Shown one piece after another: positions 1 through 12,081 of a DNA stretch of 64,000 nucleotides. How positions within the stretch are numbered: the first letter of the stretch is position 1; every line of letters begins with the position of its first letter. The position numbers and the translations under genes are program-made. The stretch is taken from NCBI GenBank assembly GCA_003693705.1, contig RBZT01000267.1, positions 124,001-188,000 of the forward strand, given 5' to 3'. The notes beneath the pieces were generated by a model that had not been told where the DNA came from, searched no databases, and was given only the letters and a program-made list of their open reading frames with translations. The stretch comes from Polymyxa betae A26-41. Taxonomy: Eukaryota > Protista > Endomyxa: Phytomyxea.

Positions 1-1806
1 GTCCTTGCTCAGGATATGATTAAACGGTCATTCTGCGAATTTTACACACAGCAGAACGAATCGCGAAACATGTCGCAAATTTCACAGGGTCAGAAGGCCT
101 CTGCTCTAACAGCAATGTGGCTAATGAAATCTGTAGATGAACGAACTCTGCAATCGTTACCTCCCATCGATTGCATTTATGGGGAGCCGCAACTCATTGA
201 ACAATATTACGAGCTGTCTCATCAGCGTCAACAGTTCGCGCTTCATTTTTTTGTGAATCATGCTTCGAGTTAATGGATAACGCAGACGTCATACCGAAAT
301 TATACAATGGATTATGCAGTCACCATCATGTGATCATTTCCTGAAACCGGGAAGGTGATCGAAATATTTCGTGTTCTAATCTGTTCTATTTTTTATTGAC
401 CTTATTGACAGGGTCTTGATTGTATCAGTTCATAACGTGGTCAAGGTACTAAAAATCATTTCAAGATGCGTCATTGTAATGTTAGTATGCAGGCTGTGGG
501 CATCGTGATATCAGCTCAAAGAACAACTCGTGGCAAATTCTTCAAGGCGTTCTTATTATGTCCTCAGGGATGGACTCCAACCGGTCAAATGCAGAAATCA
601 CGAACAGCTTTCTGTAATTCTCTATGCTTATCTCATCGATGTATTCACTTTTTGCAGCTTCGTCGTTATTTTGGGGTACGAGTCGTACTGGAATCCCATA
701 CCTCATCGCCGGCATTCGCCCATCAAATATTCACATGATCTGTGCGGAGACTATTCGAGTTGACGAACATGAAATCTTGATTGAACAGCGTGCTGTTGAT
801 ATTCAGAGGGCGCTTGATCAACTGCAAACGATCGATATCAATACCGTCCAGGAACTGCACCCGAGTCGTGATATGAAGATTAGAGACATCGATCTCGTCT
901 CGAAGGTGATAAATCTCGAGAATTTATCGCCTTTGGATGCTTCAAAATGTCATGCGTGCCCGAAACTTGACGAGCATGTATGGACGTCTAAGCTGTTTTT
1001 TATCCATAGAATAACGTTTGGCTCTAGTTCGCTCAGATCAAGGAAGCCAAGATTATCGCTCATCGCCTTGATCAATTACGATTCCTCGTATCAAATGATA
1101 ACGTCGAACTGATTGGCAATATGAAGGAGCGAATTGCGGTTCTGCAGCGTCTGAACTATGTTGATAGTGATCGGGCCTTGCTTCTCAAAGGTCGCGTTGC
1201 TTGTGAAGTAAGCAAACATGCTACATGGTAAAGATTGGGGTTTCTCACCTTTTCATAGATTAACACCTGCGATTGTCTAATTGTTACTGAGCTGATATTC
1301 GAGAACGTCTTGTCGGATATCGAGCCTTTCAAAGCTGCTGCCTTGTTATCGTGTCTCATCTTTCAGGGCAAAACCGATGATGCTCCTAATGTCGAAGATC
1401 GGTTGGTGAAGGTATTGTAACATGTTTTTTCCTTCCCTGTCATTGAGCCTGTATTTTCTAGTTGAAAGATCGTATGATCGAAATAGCAACCAGCTTGGGA
1501 AATCTCCAACTTGAATGTGGAATGGATGTAACTGCCAAGTCGTACATTGAAGCAAATTGCAATTTTGGCCTAATTGAGGTTGTATACGAGTGGGCTAAAG
1601 GCACATCGTTCGCCGAAATTTGCGATATCACGAATGTTGATGAAGGTCTCATTGTTCGATGCATTGTCCGACTTGTTGAAGTGTGCCGCGACGTTCGTAA
1701 TGCGGCTCGTGTCATTGGCGACCCCAAATTGTTCCAGTTGATGGATCGTGCTGCAGCGGCTATCAGAAGGGATATTGTGTTCGCAGCCAGTCTGTATGTT
1801 ACATGA
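1..1806 (+). CDS. SKI2: SKI2-like DExH RNA helicase, 3' part (multi-exon, 5' end outside window)
   Basis: Exons encode LLLKGRVACE, LIVTELIFENVL and the DSHCT C-terminus FGLIEVVYEWAKGTSFAEICDITNVDEGLIVRCIVRL...IRRDIVFAASLY; GT-AG introns join the ORF pieces. Confidence 0.85.
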
Positions 1807-1915
1807 TCAAACATTGTCGATATTGGATCTCTATCTATCCGATCACACATAGTGATTTATCAGGTTCCCTAAGAAAAGTTGACAGATAAAATTTTACTTC
1901 ATATCGAAATATCGG

Positions 1916-3810
1916 TTATGAGCAGTTGGAGAACCATTTTGGAGCACTGTCCCCAGATTTATGGTTGTAGTTGAAGCTGAGCTCCTCACCGCATTTGATA
2001 TCCTGCTTAGCGAAGATTCCTATCCGATGATCTCCACGTACATACATGACACGAGCCATACAGTTCGGGGTATCGGAATGATTGGCAAACTTAATCTTGT
2101 TGCCTTTAATGCAAGCATCGACCACGAATTCGGAGTTGACATCGAATAAATACGAACAGTCGCGCTTGTCGTAAGTTTGTCCTCGGCGATCCGCTTCTTC
2201 TTGCGAGACCAATTCGCCGACATATTCCGTGATCAGTTCGCCCTTCTGCAAATTGCGGCCGGCAAACGCACCCCAGCCGTGGACGTCACTCGGCCGCAGC
2301 ATAATCGGCGCCTTTTTCGGGTACGACCCAATGCCGCAGTTGCCACAGGCATCTCCCATTCCGCATACACCGCACAGATCCTAAGCAAAGCTCAGCATCC
2401 GGCCCAAGCAATCGTAGTCACCAGACGTACTGGATCGCATTCGCGGCTTGCTGCAAAGCACGGGCACCGTTTGGTCGCGCAACGATCCTTGGTGCTCGTG
2501 CATTTGCAACCGCCGAATCGACGCCGGCAGTTCTTCTCACAAGCACAGAACTTGTCGCAGAAGTGGCCGTTGTTCAGACAGGAACAATCGGGCGCGTTCG
2601 TGCAGGAACCTTCGTGATCGCACGGCTCATACTGGTGTAGTTTGGCACCGGACCGGCGCTGCAGCTGAGTGAGCGTCAGCCGGACCGGTTTACCGGTCTC
2701 GGTAGTCTGGCGCTTCGCAGAACGCTTTACTAAATTGATGGTGCCCAGCTGCGACGATACGGCGGCGATATCAGCACAGGATCGCCCGCAACCCAGCGTC
2801 TTCGCCAATGAGCACCAGTCGTCGCCAAAGACCAGCAACAGCTTCTGAACGAGATCGAGATCGGAATCAGTGAATACGGCGGGATACTGCATGGCCTCAT
2901 CCAATGCATTCTGATAACAAGATGCAGAGCAGGGCTCGGAAGGGGCCTCGGTTTCCAAGACCTCCAGCAGCTGATCGTCGCTGACCGATATTCGACGTCG
3001 ACGAAGGGTCGGCTGACAAATCGGATGCAAATTACAGTTAAATATGAAGCACCTTCGACAGAATAATGTCTCGTACGTATCAAGATCGCCACGTTCATTG
3101 CTGACGACATTCTCCTCGACGATGATACCAAGCTCATCGAGAATATCCTGTTTGTTGATATTCAGGACTTCTGTTAATGCATCCAAGATAGCATCACTAT
3201 CGCCATGCGTCTCAACCACATCGTTAATGATATATCGCATCTCGTTGTCCAGCTCCGTATCGGACTCCTCCGAGCTATCATAGGCCTCACGATTCAGCCT
3301 TATCTCCTGCAGGAAGGCTTTCTCAGACTAAGATTCCACACTCACCACAGATCTCACATCGTCTTCGCCAAAATATGGAATGAATCGCAGCTTCTTATCA
3401 TCTGGCTTGAAGAAGTTACGATTAACGCTGATATACGTATTGCCTTTGGGCAGCGATCCTTCAAATCGGATTCTTACTCTAGCAATAGGGCCTAATCGTC
3501 GATTACTTTCTGGATATTGATCGCAGATCTGATGGCTTCGCGCTTTGCAATGTTGAAGGCAATTGGCGATCAAGTCGCGGTTCCGATGAAGCTTCATGAT
3601 GGCGTTAGCCTGCTGGTCTTTGGCATAAGCTGATTTTGCACGCCGGACGCCGACGTTCACCATATCAACGATAGCAGAACCAGCCGTCGACATGGACGGT
3701 GATGACGATGGCGGGCGCCAGGATCGCCCCCGCTTACAGCGATGGGTGCGCATCAACGGCTGACAATCTGGGTCGCGAACGACATTGGTTTGAATAAGGT
3801 TGGACGACAT
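1916..3810 (-). CDS. EZH2: Enhancer of zeste / EZH2 / CLF-type histone H3K27 methyltransferase (PRC2 catalytic subunit)
   Basis: [27 protein letters not shown]-like WCSLAKTLG, Cys-rich CXC ([21 protein letters not shown]...[15 protein letters not shown]) and SET domain ([39 protein letters not shown]). Two introns; start may be 3810 or 3693. Confidence 0.92.
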
Positions 3811-4490
3811 GGTGGTAAAGGTCGGGCCAGGACACCGCCTTGTAGTATAGATCTAAGTTACTATCTGGATTTCATAAAGACTATGGAGCTACTCCCGCAT
3901 TGTGTCGCAGTATACCATACCATGGCCTCTCTAGAAATGCGCCTTCGTCACCTCATTTCCATCATCCAAAAAATCTCTAAAATTTGAATGATCTCCAGTT
4001 CGTTTGTAAAAGTGGTTGATTGCAAAAATCATGAAAGTTACAGAAAAGCCAGACAGGATTGTTATTTGTTGCAGTCTAACTCTATGAAATCACAGTTTCT
4101 ATCTGTTCGGTCTGTAATCATCCTGGTTATGACATCAGGCTCGTGTGATTGCCGGCTCGCACGCTCAGAGTGATTTTAGCTTGAATTAAACAGCAGCGTC
4201 TTCTTATCGACAAGCACTATACACAGATTTCATGTTGTCTTCAGCATAGTTCCATGGCGCTGCCTAGGTGTGTCACCGCTTCTATAAAACGCTCCTCCCG
4301 TAGGAGTGCTTTTCAACTTCAGAATCGTTCTTGCTGATCTGGGAGAACGACCTAATTACATATTGCGACATCTGGCAGACAGGCCCGTCATGGCTTCATT
4401 GATTCACAGACGGGCGGCGCGGCCTTCTCCTGGGTCGCATCTCCATCACGACGTGATCGTCATCATTTGTAATCGGAGTCCAGGAGGACA

Positions 4491-5883
4491 ATGTCGCATA
4501 CTGTAAGACACGAAGAACAACATGAACAAGCGGAGGATGAAATTATGGGGCCGATGCCGATCACTCGGCTGGAGGTGCGTTTGCCAGCCATGATTGGTTA
4601 GATAGCACTTGTGATGCCTGATGGTAGAGCCGAGGAATCAACGCTGCTGATGTGAAAAAACTGCAAGCTGAGGGGTTCAATACAGTTGAATCCGTAGCCT
4701 ATGCCACACGAAAATCGCTCATTGCTATCAAAGGAATAAGTGAAGCTAAAGCAGATAAATTTTTAGCTGAAGGCAGGTAGCACTTTCCAGTTATCACAAA
4801 GCGATACTGATTTGTTTGTGGAAATTCAGCTGCAAAGCTCATCCCCATGGGATTCCAGACAGCTACCGAATTCCATGAACATCGGAAGGACATCATTTCA
4901 ATCGGAACTGGTTCGAAAGCCCTGGACGAACTTCTGCAAGGTGGCGTAGAAACCGGCTCCATCACTGAAATATTTGGCGAATTTAGGACCGGCAAGACCC
5001 AGGTTAGATCGACATTTACTTTTTCACTTTTTCAGTCTTTGTTTAATTTAGAAAATTTACATTTCGACAATGATGTTTCTCTAAACGTTGGCTGTTTGTT
5101 CCAGCTCTGCCACACACTCTGTGTGATTGCTCAGTTACCTGTCGATCAAGGCGGTGGTGAAGGCAAAGTGATTTACATCGATACAGAAGGCACATTTCGC
5201 CCTGAGCGTCTTGTCCCCATAGCAGAACGATATGGGCTAAATGCCAACGAAGTCACCGATAATGTCATCTGTGCACGGGCATACAATACAGACCATCGTA
5301 CGATTGAAGTTTCGTGTCCATTGGCTGCTGTTCTGAGTCTCATTTTTCTAGAAAATCAGCTTCTTGTGCAAGCTTCTGCTCTTATGTGTGAATCAAGGTT
5401 CGCTCTGGTTATTGTGGACAGTGCTACACATTTATACAGGACAGATTACTGTGGCAGAGGAGGTACTTTTGTTTTTGTTCCCCATCTGTGTATTGACGAG
5501 AAATGCTGCCCAGAGTTGTCAGCTCGTCAGATGCATCTCGCTCAATTTTTACGATCGCTAATGAAGTTGGCGGATGTGTTTGGAGTTGCAGTGGTCGTCA
5601 CGAACCAGGTAAATCTACATGGCAAAGTACGTTGTTTATGACTAAAGACTAATTGAGATTACAGATGGTCGCCCAAGTTGATGGTGCTATGTCAATGTTT
5701 AACGCCGATCCCAAGAAACCGATTGGCGGCAATATCATGGCGCATGCGACGACCACAAGGCTTTCATTACGCAAAGGACGTGGAAATACTCGCGTTTGTA
5801 AAGTCTACGACTCTCCAACCTTACCGGAAGCTGAGGCAGTATTTGCCATTGCCAACCATGGGATTTGCGACGATGCGGAATGA
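4491..5883 (+). CDS. RAD51: DNA recombinase RAD51 (multi-exon)
   Basis: [31 protein letters not shown] (Walker A), [46 protein letters not shown]. These signatures fit RAD51 better than DMC1. Confidence 0.96.
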
Positions 5884-6232
5884 GCTGGGTTATACACATA
5901 ATCTGGAGAGATTTATGTATAAATATATCTGGGTGATGCTGCTTACAACTCGGGGCGGGATTTCTCACCATGACTTTTTCGATTCAGAACATGAACCCAT
6001 TTTTACATTCATGAGTGAACCTTCGGAATCTTGTAGTGCGGGCTTTGGCTTTGGCAGTGAAATCGTTGCTGATGACTTTGTCAATGGGTAGGGTAGTCTT
6101 TTTTAGTTTTCAACGAGCAGTGTTTTTTAATGGGTTTCTTGATTTTTTCGCTGCAGTATCGGTGGCTTTGTGAAGCTTTTTTAATTATTTTTTTGGGGGC
6201 TTGAACTTTTTTTTTATTGTTGCTGGGAGCAA

Positions 6233-6955
6233 TTAGTGAAAGATCCCTGTCTTGCACCACAATTGCTGGTCGGCGACATCAGGGATCCAAACTGGGGCGC
6301 CTCGTCTAATCTGCTTCTGGATGCAGTCCATGCGATTCCACAGGCGGATGACATCAATTCGATGTCTGCTGCATATTGAGAAGCTCATGTTGTCGGCACT
6401 ACCAATCTCCATCTTGCGGCCAATGACTGTGCTCAGGCGAATTTTGATGATGGGGAGCACGTAATGGATGGGCTTCAGGAGCCCAAATGAAGGCGACGAC
6501 CTGATTTCCAGGCGATCGGCGAACAGATCGCATTGGACTTGACGCCAATACGGCAAACCGAATCGTGAGCTGCAACGCAGGCGAAGACTGACCGAATGCA
6601 GCGACGACATGATAGCAGACAGACGTTGAGATGAAGGAAATGTTTTGCAATGAGAATGGTTGCAAACTAAGAACAAGCCACATGGGCGATAGTCGGTTGG
6701 AGGGAACCTCGTCATAGCTTCGGCCATTATCATCCACACGAGTTCATACATAACGGACCCAAAAACGCGGCGACAGAGATCGTTAACGAATTTGACACTT
6801 GAAATAGATTTGATAAGACGCTCGGCGATGGAAAGCGGAGAATACGGCTCAGCGTCTCGGATCCAAAACGCAACGATTTCTAGCATCAATTCCTGCTGGA
6901 AAACCATCCGTTCCTGTATTTCTATCGACTTTGCTTTCTCGCCGATTTGTGCCAT
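6233..6955 (-). CDS. Hypothetical protein, C-terminal half possibly PH-like
   Basis: 240-aa ORF; YWRQVQCDLFADRLEI...FSICS...RLW resembles a PH fold. True start uncertain. Confidence 0.35.
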   Translation of the reverse strand: MAQIGEKAKSIEIQERMVFQQELMLEIVAFWIRDAEPYSPLSIAERLIKSISSVKFVNDLCRRVFGSVMYELVWMIMAEAMTRFPPTDYRPCGLFLVCNHSHCKTFPSSQRLSAIMSSLHSVSLRLRCSSRFGLPYWRQVQCDLFADRLEIRSSPSFGLLKPIHYVLPIIKIRLSTVIGRKMEIGSADNMSFSICSRHRIDVIRLWNRMDCIQKQIRRGAPVWIPDVADQQLWCKTGIFH

Positions 6956-7109
6956 AGCGTTCAGGGTGAAGCATCATTCATGATCAGCAAGGTAACTGGA
7001 TCCATCTATATCTGGTACTCATGTGTCATGACTAAAAACCAGTTCATGTTACATCCCGGTGTAACGTTACGCAAAAATTCCGGGAAACTTCGCTCGATTT
7101 TCTTCGGCC

Positions 7110-8510
7110 ATGATTGATAGTGACGATCTATCTGATGTCATTGTTATCGTTGGACCAACAGCAGTCGGGAAGACGAAGCTCTCGATCCAGCTTGCCAAAG
7201 CGCTTGGCAATGCGGAAGTTGTCAGCGCCGATTCCATGCAGGTCGGCTGAATGGTCTCATCGGGGTCGCTGGGCTCTGGACTAATCGTCACCAGGTCTAT
7301 AGCGATTTCGATATTGGTTCAGCGAAGGTGACCGAATCCGAGATGGATGGCATTCCTCATCACTTGATCTCGGTCGCGGACCCTTCGACATCATTCACCG
7401 TTCGTGATTTTGTTCGTCTCGGTCGTGCTGCTTTGGCCGATATCCGATCTCGTTGCAAGCGCCCTATTGTGGTCGGCGGTACCTTCTACTATGTCACCGC
7501 TCTTCTAACCGACACATTCGTATCATGCGAACTTCCACCAGATCCTCAGCCAGACGACCAGGCATCTGCTGATCATAACGAACAGCGTCAATATGCTGAG
7601 CTGTGCCGTTTAGACCCGGCTCGGGCTGCGAAACTGCATCCGAACGATACCCGGAGAATACGTCGTAGTCTGGAAGTGATTAAAGCGATTGGGCGGCCTC
7701 ACAGTGATGCTATTGCTGAATGCACGCAACGCCTATTATATCGATGTTTGTGTATCTGGTTGGACGCCCGTCCTGAGGTCGTCAATCAGCGTATAGCTGA
7801 TCGAGTCTCCACCATGATCGATCAAGGCGTTATCGATCAGAACCGACCTATCTATCAGAAGTTACCGCGTCATGACAGAATGTTCGAAATCGGCGTCTGT
7901 CAAGCGATCGGGTTCAAGGAATTCCGACATTGCTATGATTCGGATTTCGATAGCGCTCCTGATCGCGATGAACGTATTACAGTGGCGACTGAGACCCTTC
8001 GTGTTGCTACCGGACGATACGCCCATAACCAATCCCGGGCTATCGCTAAGATTGTGTCTAGTATTCCCGGTATGACAACAGTTCGTCTCGATAGCTCAGG
8101 TTCGAATATTTCTCTACGAACCGTTTTTGTGTATTTACTAATGCATAGAGCTGGAGAAATGGGAATCTGATGTTCTTCAACCAGCCATACGGCTAAGCAC
8201 AGGTTGATGCCTTGTTTGACTTTCTGTTGGGCTGTCGGTTAATTTAGTGGTTTCAGATTTTATCTCTGGCATCGATCAAGTTAATGATTGCTCATTGGCT
8301 CAGCAATCTATACTGTCGCCTGCAGCTTCGGCCAGCAGCCGGCAGAAATCGTGGCAGAAATTCACTTGTGATATTTGTTCGGGAAAAGTGCTAAATGGAC
8401 AACTGGAGTACTCGGTTCATCTGAGGTCACGATCACATCGTCGCCTGTTTGCAAAACGACGGAAAATGGGCAACTGTCGTCCCAGAATACATTCTACTGA
8501 TCATTCTTGA
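7110..8510 (+). CDS. TRIT1: tRNA dimethylallyltransferase (MOD5/TRIT1/MiaA family) with C-terminal zinc finger
   Basis: [25 protein letters not shown]|[41 protein letters not shown] and C-terminal CDIC...HLRSRSH. Confidence 0.93.
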
Positions 8511-8539
8511 TCAAATGCGTTTTCGCTTATCAATCATTT

Positions 8540-9324
8540 TGGAACCGAAAAATGCCAGCGCGTGTTTCAGACTGTAACAGATATCCAATCACAAATTGGA
8601 TATCGCTATGTCACGATCATGGTTCGACTCAACTTAAAGCCAGAATCGCCAAGCTGTTACTGCCCAGGCGAAAAAATTTATTCGGCTCTTTAGCGACAGC
8701 ACTATTTGTGTGCATAGACCCTGGCCATCCTGAGAATACAGCTTTAAACCCGAACTCTTCGTAGTTCCGTTCACTGAGTAGGCTACGTTCTGATTCGTTT
8801 GGCCATCTGATGTACTTTGTTGCCAAATGTTTGAGCGCTTTGATAACACGTTTGGTATAAGGAGACGCGCTTTCGTATCGACTCCTTTCGCTCTAGGGAC
8901 CATTTCAATTGCTGAGCCATTTCCGAAATGCCACAAACGGTGCAAGGCGCAAGCAAGCTGAATCCAAACTTCTCGCTGAGGAATCTGGGATTTGTTTTGA
9001 AATAGGAGCATTATCTACAAGATGATTTTTTTAAATATTGTACTTTTGATTTTATTTAATATGAATGCGAAAGTCTCAAGACTGGCTCTCATTTCTTGAA
9101 CAAATTCTCAACAGGGAGCTGTAGTAGACTTGACATGTTTTTAGAAGCGGTTAGCGACCCTCCCGAACAAGAGCAATAATCTGCAAGAGATCATTGGCCG
9201 TTCGCATCGCTCGTGAAGCTCGTTGAGGATTCAACGTTCTGTATAGCAATATTTCTGCAGCCTTGAATTTTAATGCTGACTCGAGATCTCTCAGCAAATA
9301 CTCTCGATCAGAGAAACGCACCAT
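8540..9324 (-). mobile_element. Decayed PIF/Harbinger (HARBI1-like DDE) transposase relic
   Basis: Frameshifted, stop-interrupted motifs in canonical order: EFVQEMRASLETFAFIL, PQREVWIQLACALHRLWHFGNGS, KYIRWPNESER, FGF, GWPGSMH, FSPGQ*QLGDSGF. No TIRs recognised. Confidence 0.75.
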
Positions 9325-9571
9325 AATATATTTGTTATGTTTGATACCCTCAACTTACCTGCACGGTGAAAACCGATTCTGACGGGATCTCCTACAGGCT
9401 ACAAGACGGGAAAACCGAAAATCGATTTCCCCGATGGGAGAAGCAACCGGGAAAATCATCGATCCACGCAACTTTGATACCCCCTAGGCCTACCTACATA
9501 AGAGAATCTCACGTTACTCTTCATGCACTGTCGTTGTACATAGAAACGTCTTCAGACGTGTTCAGAAACAG

Positions 9572-10835
9572 ATGGAGTCGCCATATAGATCGGTCGTCTT
9601 CCTCGGTTTGGTCTCCATCATGGTAGGAACAGCTCTCATAACCCGCATCGTACTCAATAGTGACCGGTCGCCGTTCTGTTACGAGATCGTAAAGAAGGAT
9701 ACCATTGCACATGAGACGGTATTGGATCCTGATGAGATTATCGGATGGGTTTGAACGCGTGGTTAGAACACTGAATTGGAGCCTCGACGGAGATATGCGG
9801 TTTTGAGCGTAGGTACAGAAGCCAAATATTCATATTGGCTGCCGGCAGTAGCCTTAACATGGAAGATACGGCAACACTTCACGCCAATGTAGGTACTCAA
9901 TTGCAGATGACGGCCGTATTTCTGATAGGTATGGTCTCAGCGTATTTCTGGTAGAAGACGATGAGAAACTCGGTTGGCATGACCACCCACATAGTCGATT
10001 GATTCTCGACCTACTCGCTGAATTTGATATTCAGCATGTTTATTTCCTTAAACCCGATACCTCCTTAGCAGGGAACCACGACCGTATGACACAATTGTCG
10101 CGGCTCTATGCCTCAATGCTGCCTTTTCTAAACGATCATGATTATATAATCACCACTGATGTCGACCTGCTTCCGATCGCTGTCGGAGATGGCCAATATT
10201 ATGACTCGTACGATGCGAAGCAATCGAGCGACAATTTCACCCCTCTGATATGGCAGGCCAATCAACCTATCCTGTTATTTGATTTGGCGGAATTCCAAGC
10301 AACCGATAACAAATGGAATTATCAGTTCAAAGAGTGGGCTTTATCCAACATCGGAATGACCAGCCGCAGATGGAGGCAGATTCTCCATATACCTGCGCCA
10401 ATCTTTGCAGTACCGGTTCCGTTCGAACAAAGCATCGTTGAAAGAGTCAATGAGGATGTCAAGACAATCTTGCTGCACGCAGGGGACGAATGGTTTTGGG
10501 ATCAGGAGCTCGTCAGTTTGCGACTGGAAACCGCAAAAAGAACAGGCGCTATCGTCTGGGAACGTGACGTTCTCGTCAAAAGCCGAACAAACGTAAACAG
10601 AATCGACCGAATAGGATGGCCAGGTTCTCTATCCGCAAGCGAGATCGATACGAAATTTGATTCACATCTGCCGAGGGTACCGGATACCAGAGGGACCTAT
10701 CGTGAAATCTTCGAGATGACCGAGTGGCTATTGAAGCACGTTCTCAACAGCAACGGGCAAGGACAACAGCTTGTTGAGAGACTAAGGGATTTCACTTTCA
10801 AATTTGAAAGTGCTTTAAATCATCCAAATGACTGA
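9572..10835 (+). CDS. Type II membrane protein, putative GT-A-like sugar transferase of unknown family
   Basis: N-terminal TM (VVFLGLVSIMVGTALI), DxD motif (ITTDVDLLP), WFWDQ, RIDRIGW, DSHL; two short introns. Confidence 0.6.
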
Positions 10836-10948
10836 ATACCCAACAAAATTTTGTTTATAGTCTTGTTTTGGGTATAGTACTGCGCTATTGAGTTCCCTTG
10901 AAAGTCTGTCTTGTTTATTAGTTTCGACATTTGACATTTTCTACTTGC

Positions 10949-12029
10949 TCAATGTTGCAATGCACCCTGCTTCGCTAATTGGTCAGCCATCTCATTACCT
11001 TAAACAACAGTCAAGAACGATGGGTAGTCGAGAACAAAATACGAACCTTCATAGCCGCTATGAGCAGCGACATACTGGAACTTCACCTCGACGCCGTCTT
11101 TCTTCAAATCGCAAATAGAGTTATAAATATCCATCATCAAGTCCAAATTCTCGTATTTCTTCTTAGGACCTTTACCGTTGACGTAATTCTCCATCCTTTG
11201 TGAAAGCATTGTAAGCAAGACGATCGGATCGTCCAAGCGGAAAGCTACCATGTCGTCGCGGCATTAATAGTATACATTGAATCCGATCGAATCTGAACTG
11301 ATTTCTCTTTAAACCTGTCAACCCGCTTTAAAACCTGAGAGACGGCGGTTAACTCTGCCCTCTGATTAGTTTGTTTAGCGCCCTCTAGCCGAGATGATAT
11401 GTTCCTATGACTCCTTGAGCACACTTCTAACATACGATCAGAAAAAACCTTGAGTCGTTATGGCCATAGAAAGCGCCATATCCAGCACGAGCCGATCCTC
11501 TACCATTCCCAAGACACGAGCCATCGGTGAAAACGACTAGCTTCTGATCCGAGGAAGTTGCTGAGCGGGCGGCAACCGTCTCAGAACCGCTCGAATACGA
11601 TGTGTATGAAAGCGCCTCTACCCGAGTGAGTTTACGCGAATCTGCAGAGCTTTGCTTGTAATCAGACTGGACAGCACAGTGAATTGAAGGTCGGCTTGAG
11701 AACGAACTTCGTGCAGATTTAATGGGGGCAGCATTCGCAGAGGAAGGCTGGCCGTGATCTTTGAGGTAATTCTCGGCATCGGTTACGCTGGTGAATGATT
11801 TGAAAACGGCACCCGAGTATTGATTCACCTGTTGTCGGCACTCATCCCAGGTCGAGAAAATCCCAGTAGATCGCCCACGACAAACGGCATAGACCTGCGC
11901 TGGGGACTAAGCCATCGATGCACGACTCTGGCAGACGACAACGACCTTGGGCATTTCTGACGATGCACTAAGTGACGACAAGGCCGCTTGCTGAATAAAA
12001 ATGTTTCTGACAATAGAGAGTTGCCTCAT
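10949..12029 (-). CDS. RNASEH1: Ribonuclease H1 with N-terminal hybrid-binding domain
   Basis: VYAVCRGRSTGIFSTWDECRQQVNQYSGAVFKSF (HBD); VFTDGSCLGNG, QTNQRAELTA, SDSMYTINA, VAAHSG, GNEMADQLAKQGA (all four acidic catalytic residues). In-frame ATGs at 12029 and 11954. Confidence 0.95.
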
Positions 12030-12081
12030 ACAAATGAGCGAATGACCGCAGACAGGACAGACAAACCCTAGCTGGCTTCAT

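Noticed and set aside
5890-6230. A/T-tract-rich segment as a Tc1/IS630 remnant
   Set aside because: Only vague Lys-rich translation; no DDE motif or TIR.
7028-7117. Upstream presequence-like ORF for dual targeting of TRIT1/MOD5
   Set aside because: Out of frame with the ATG at 7110, and there is an in-frame stop upstream of that ATG.
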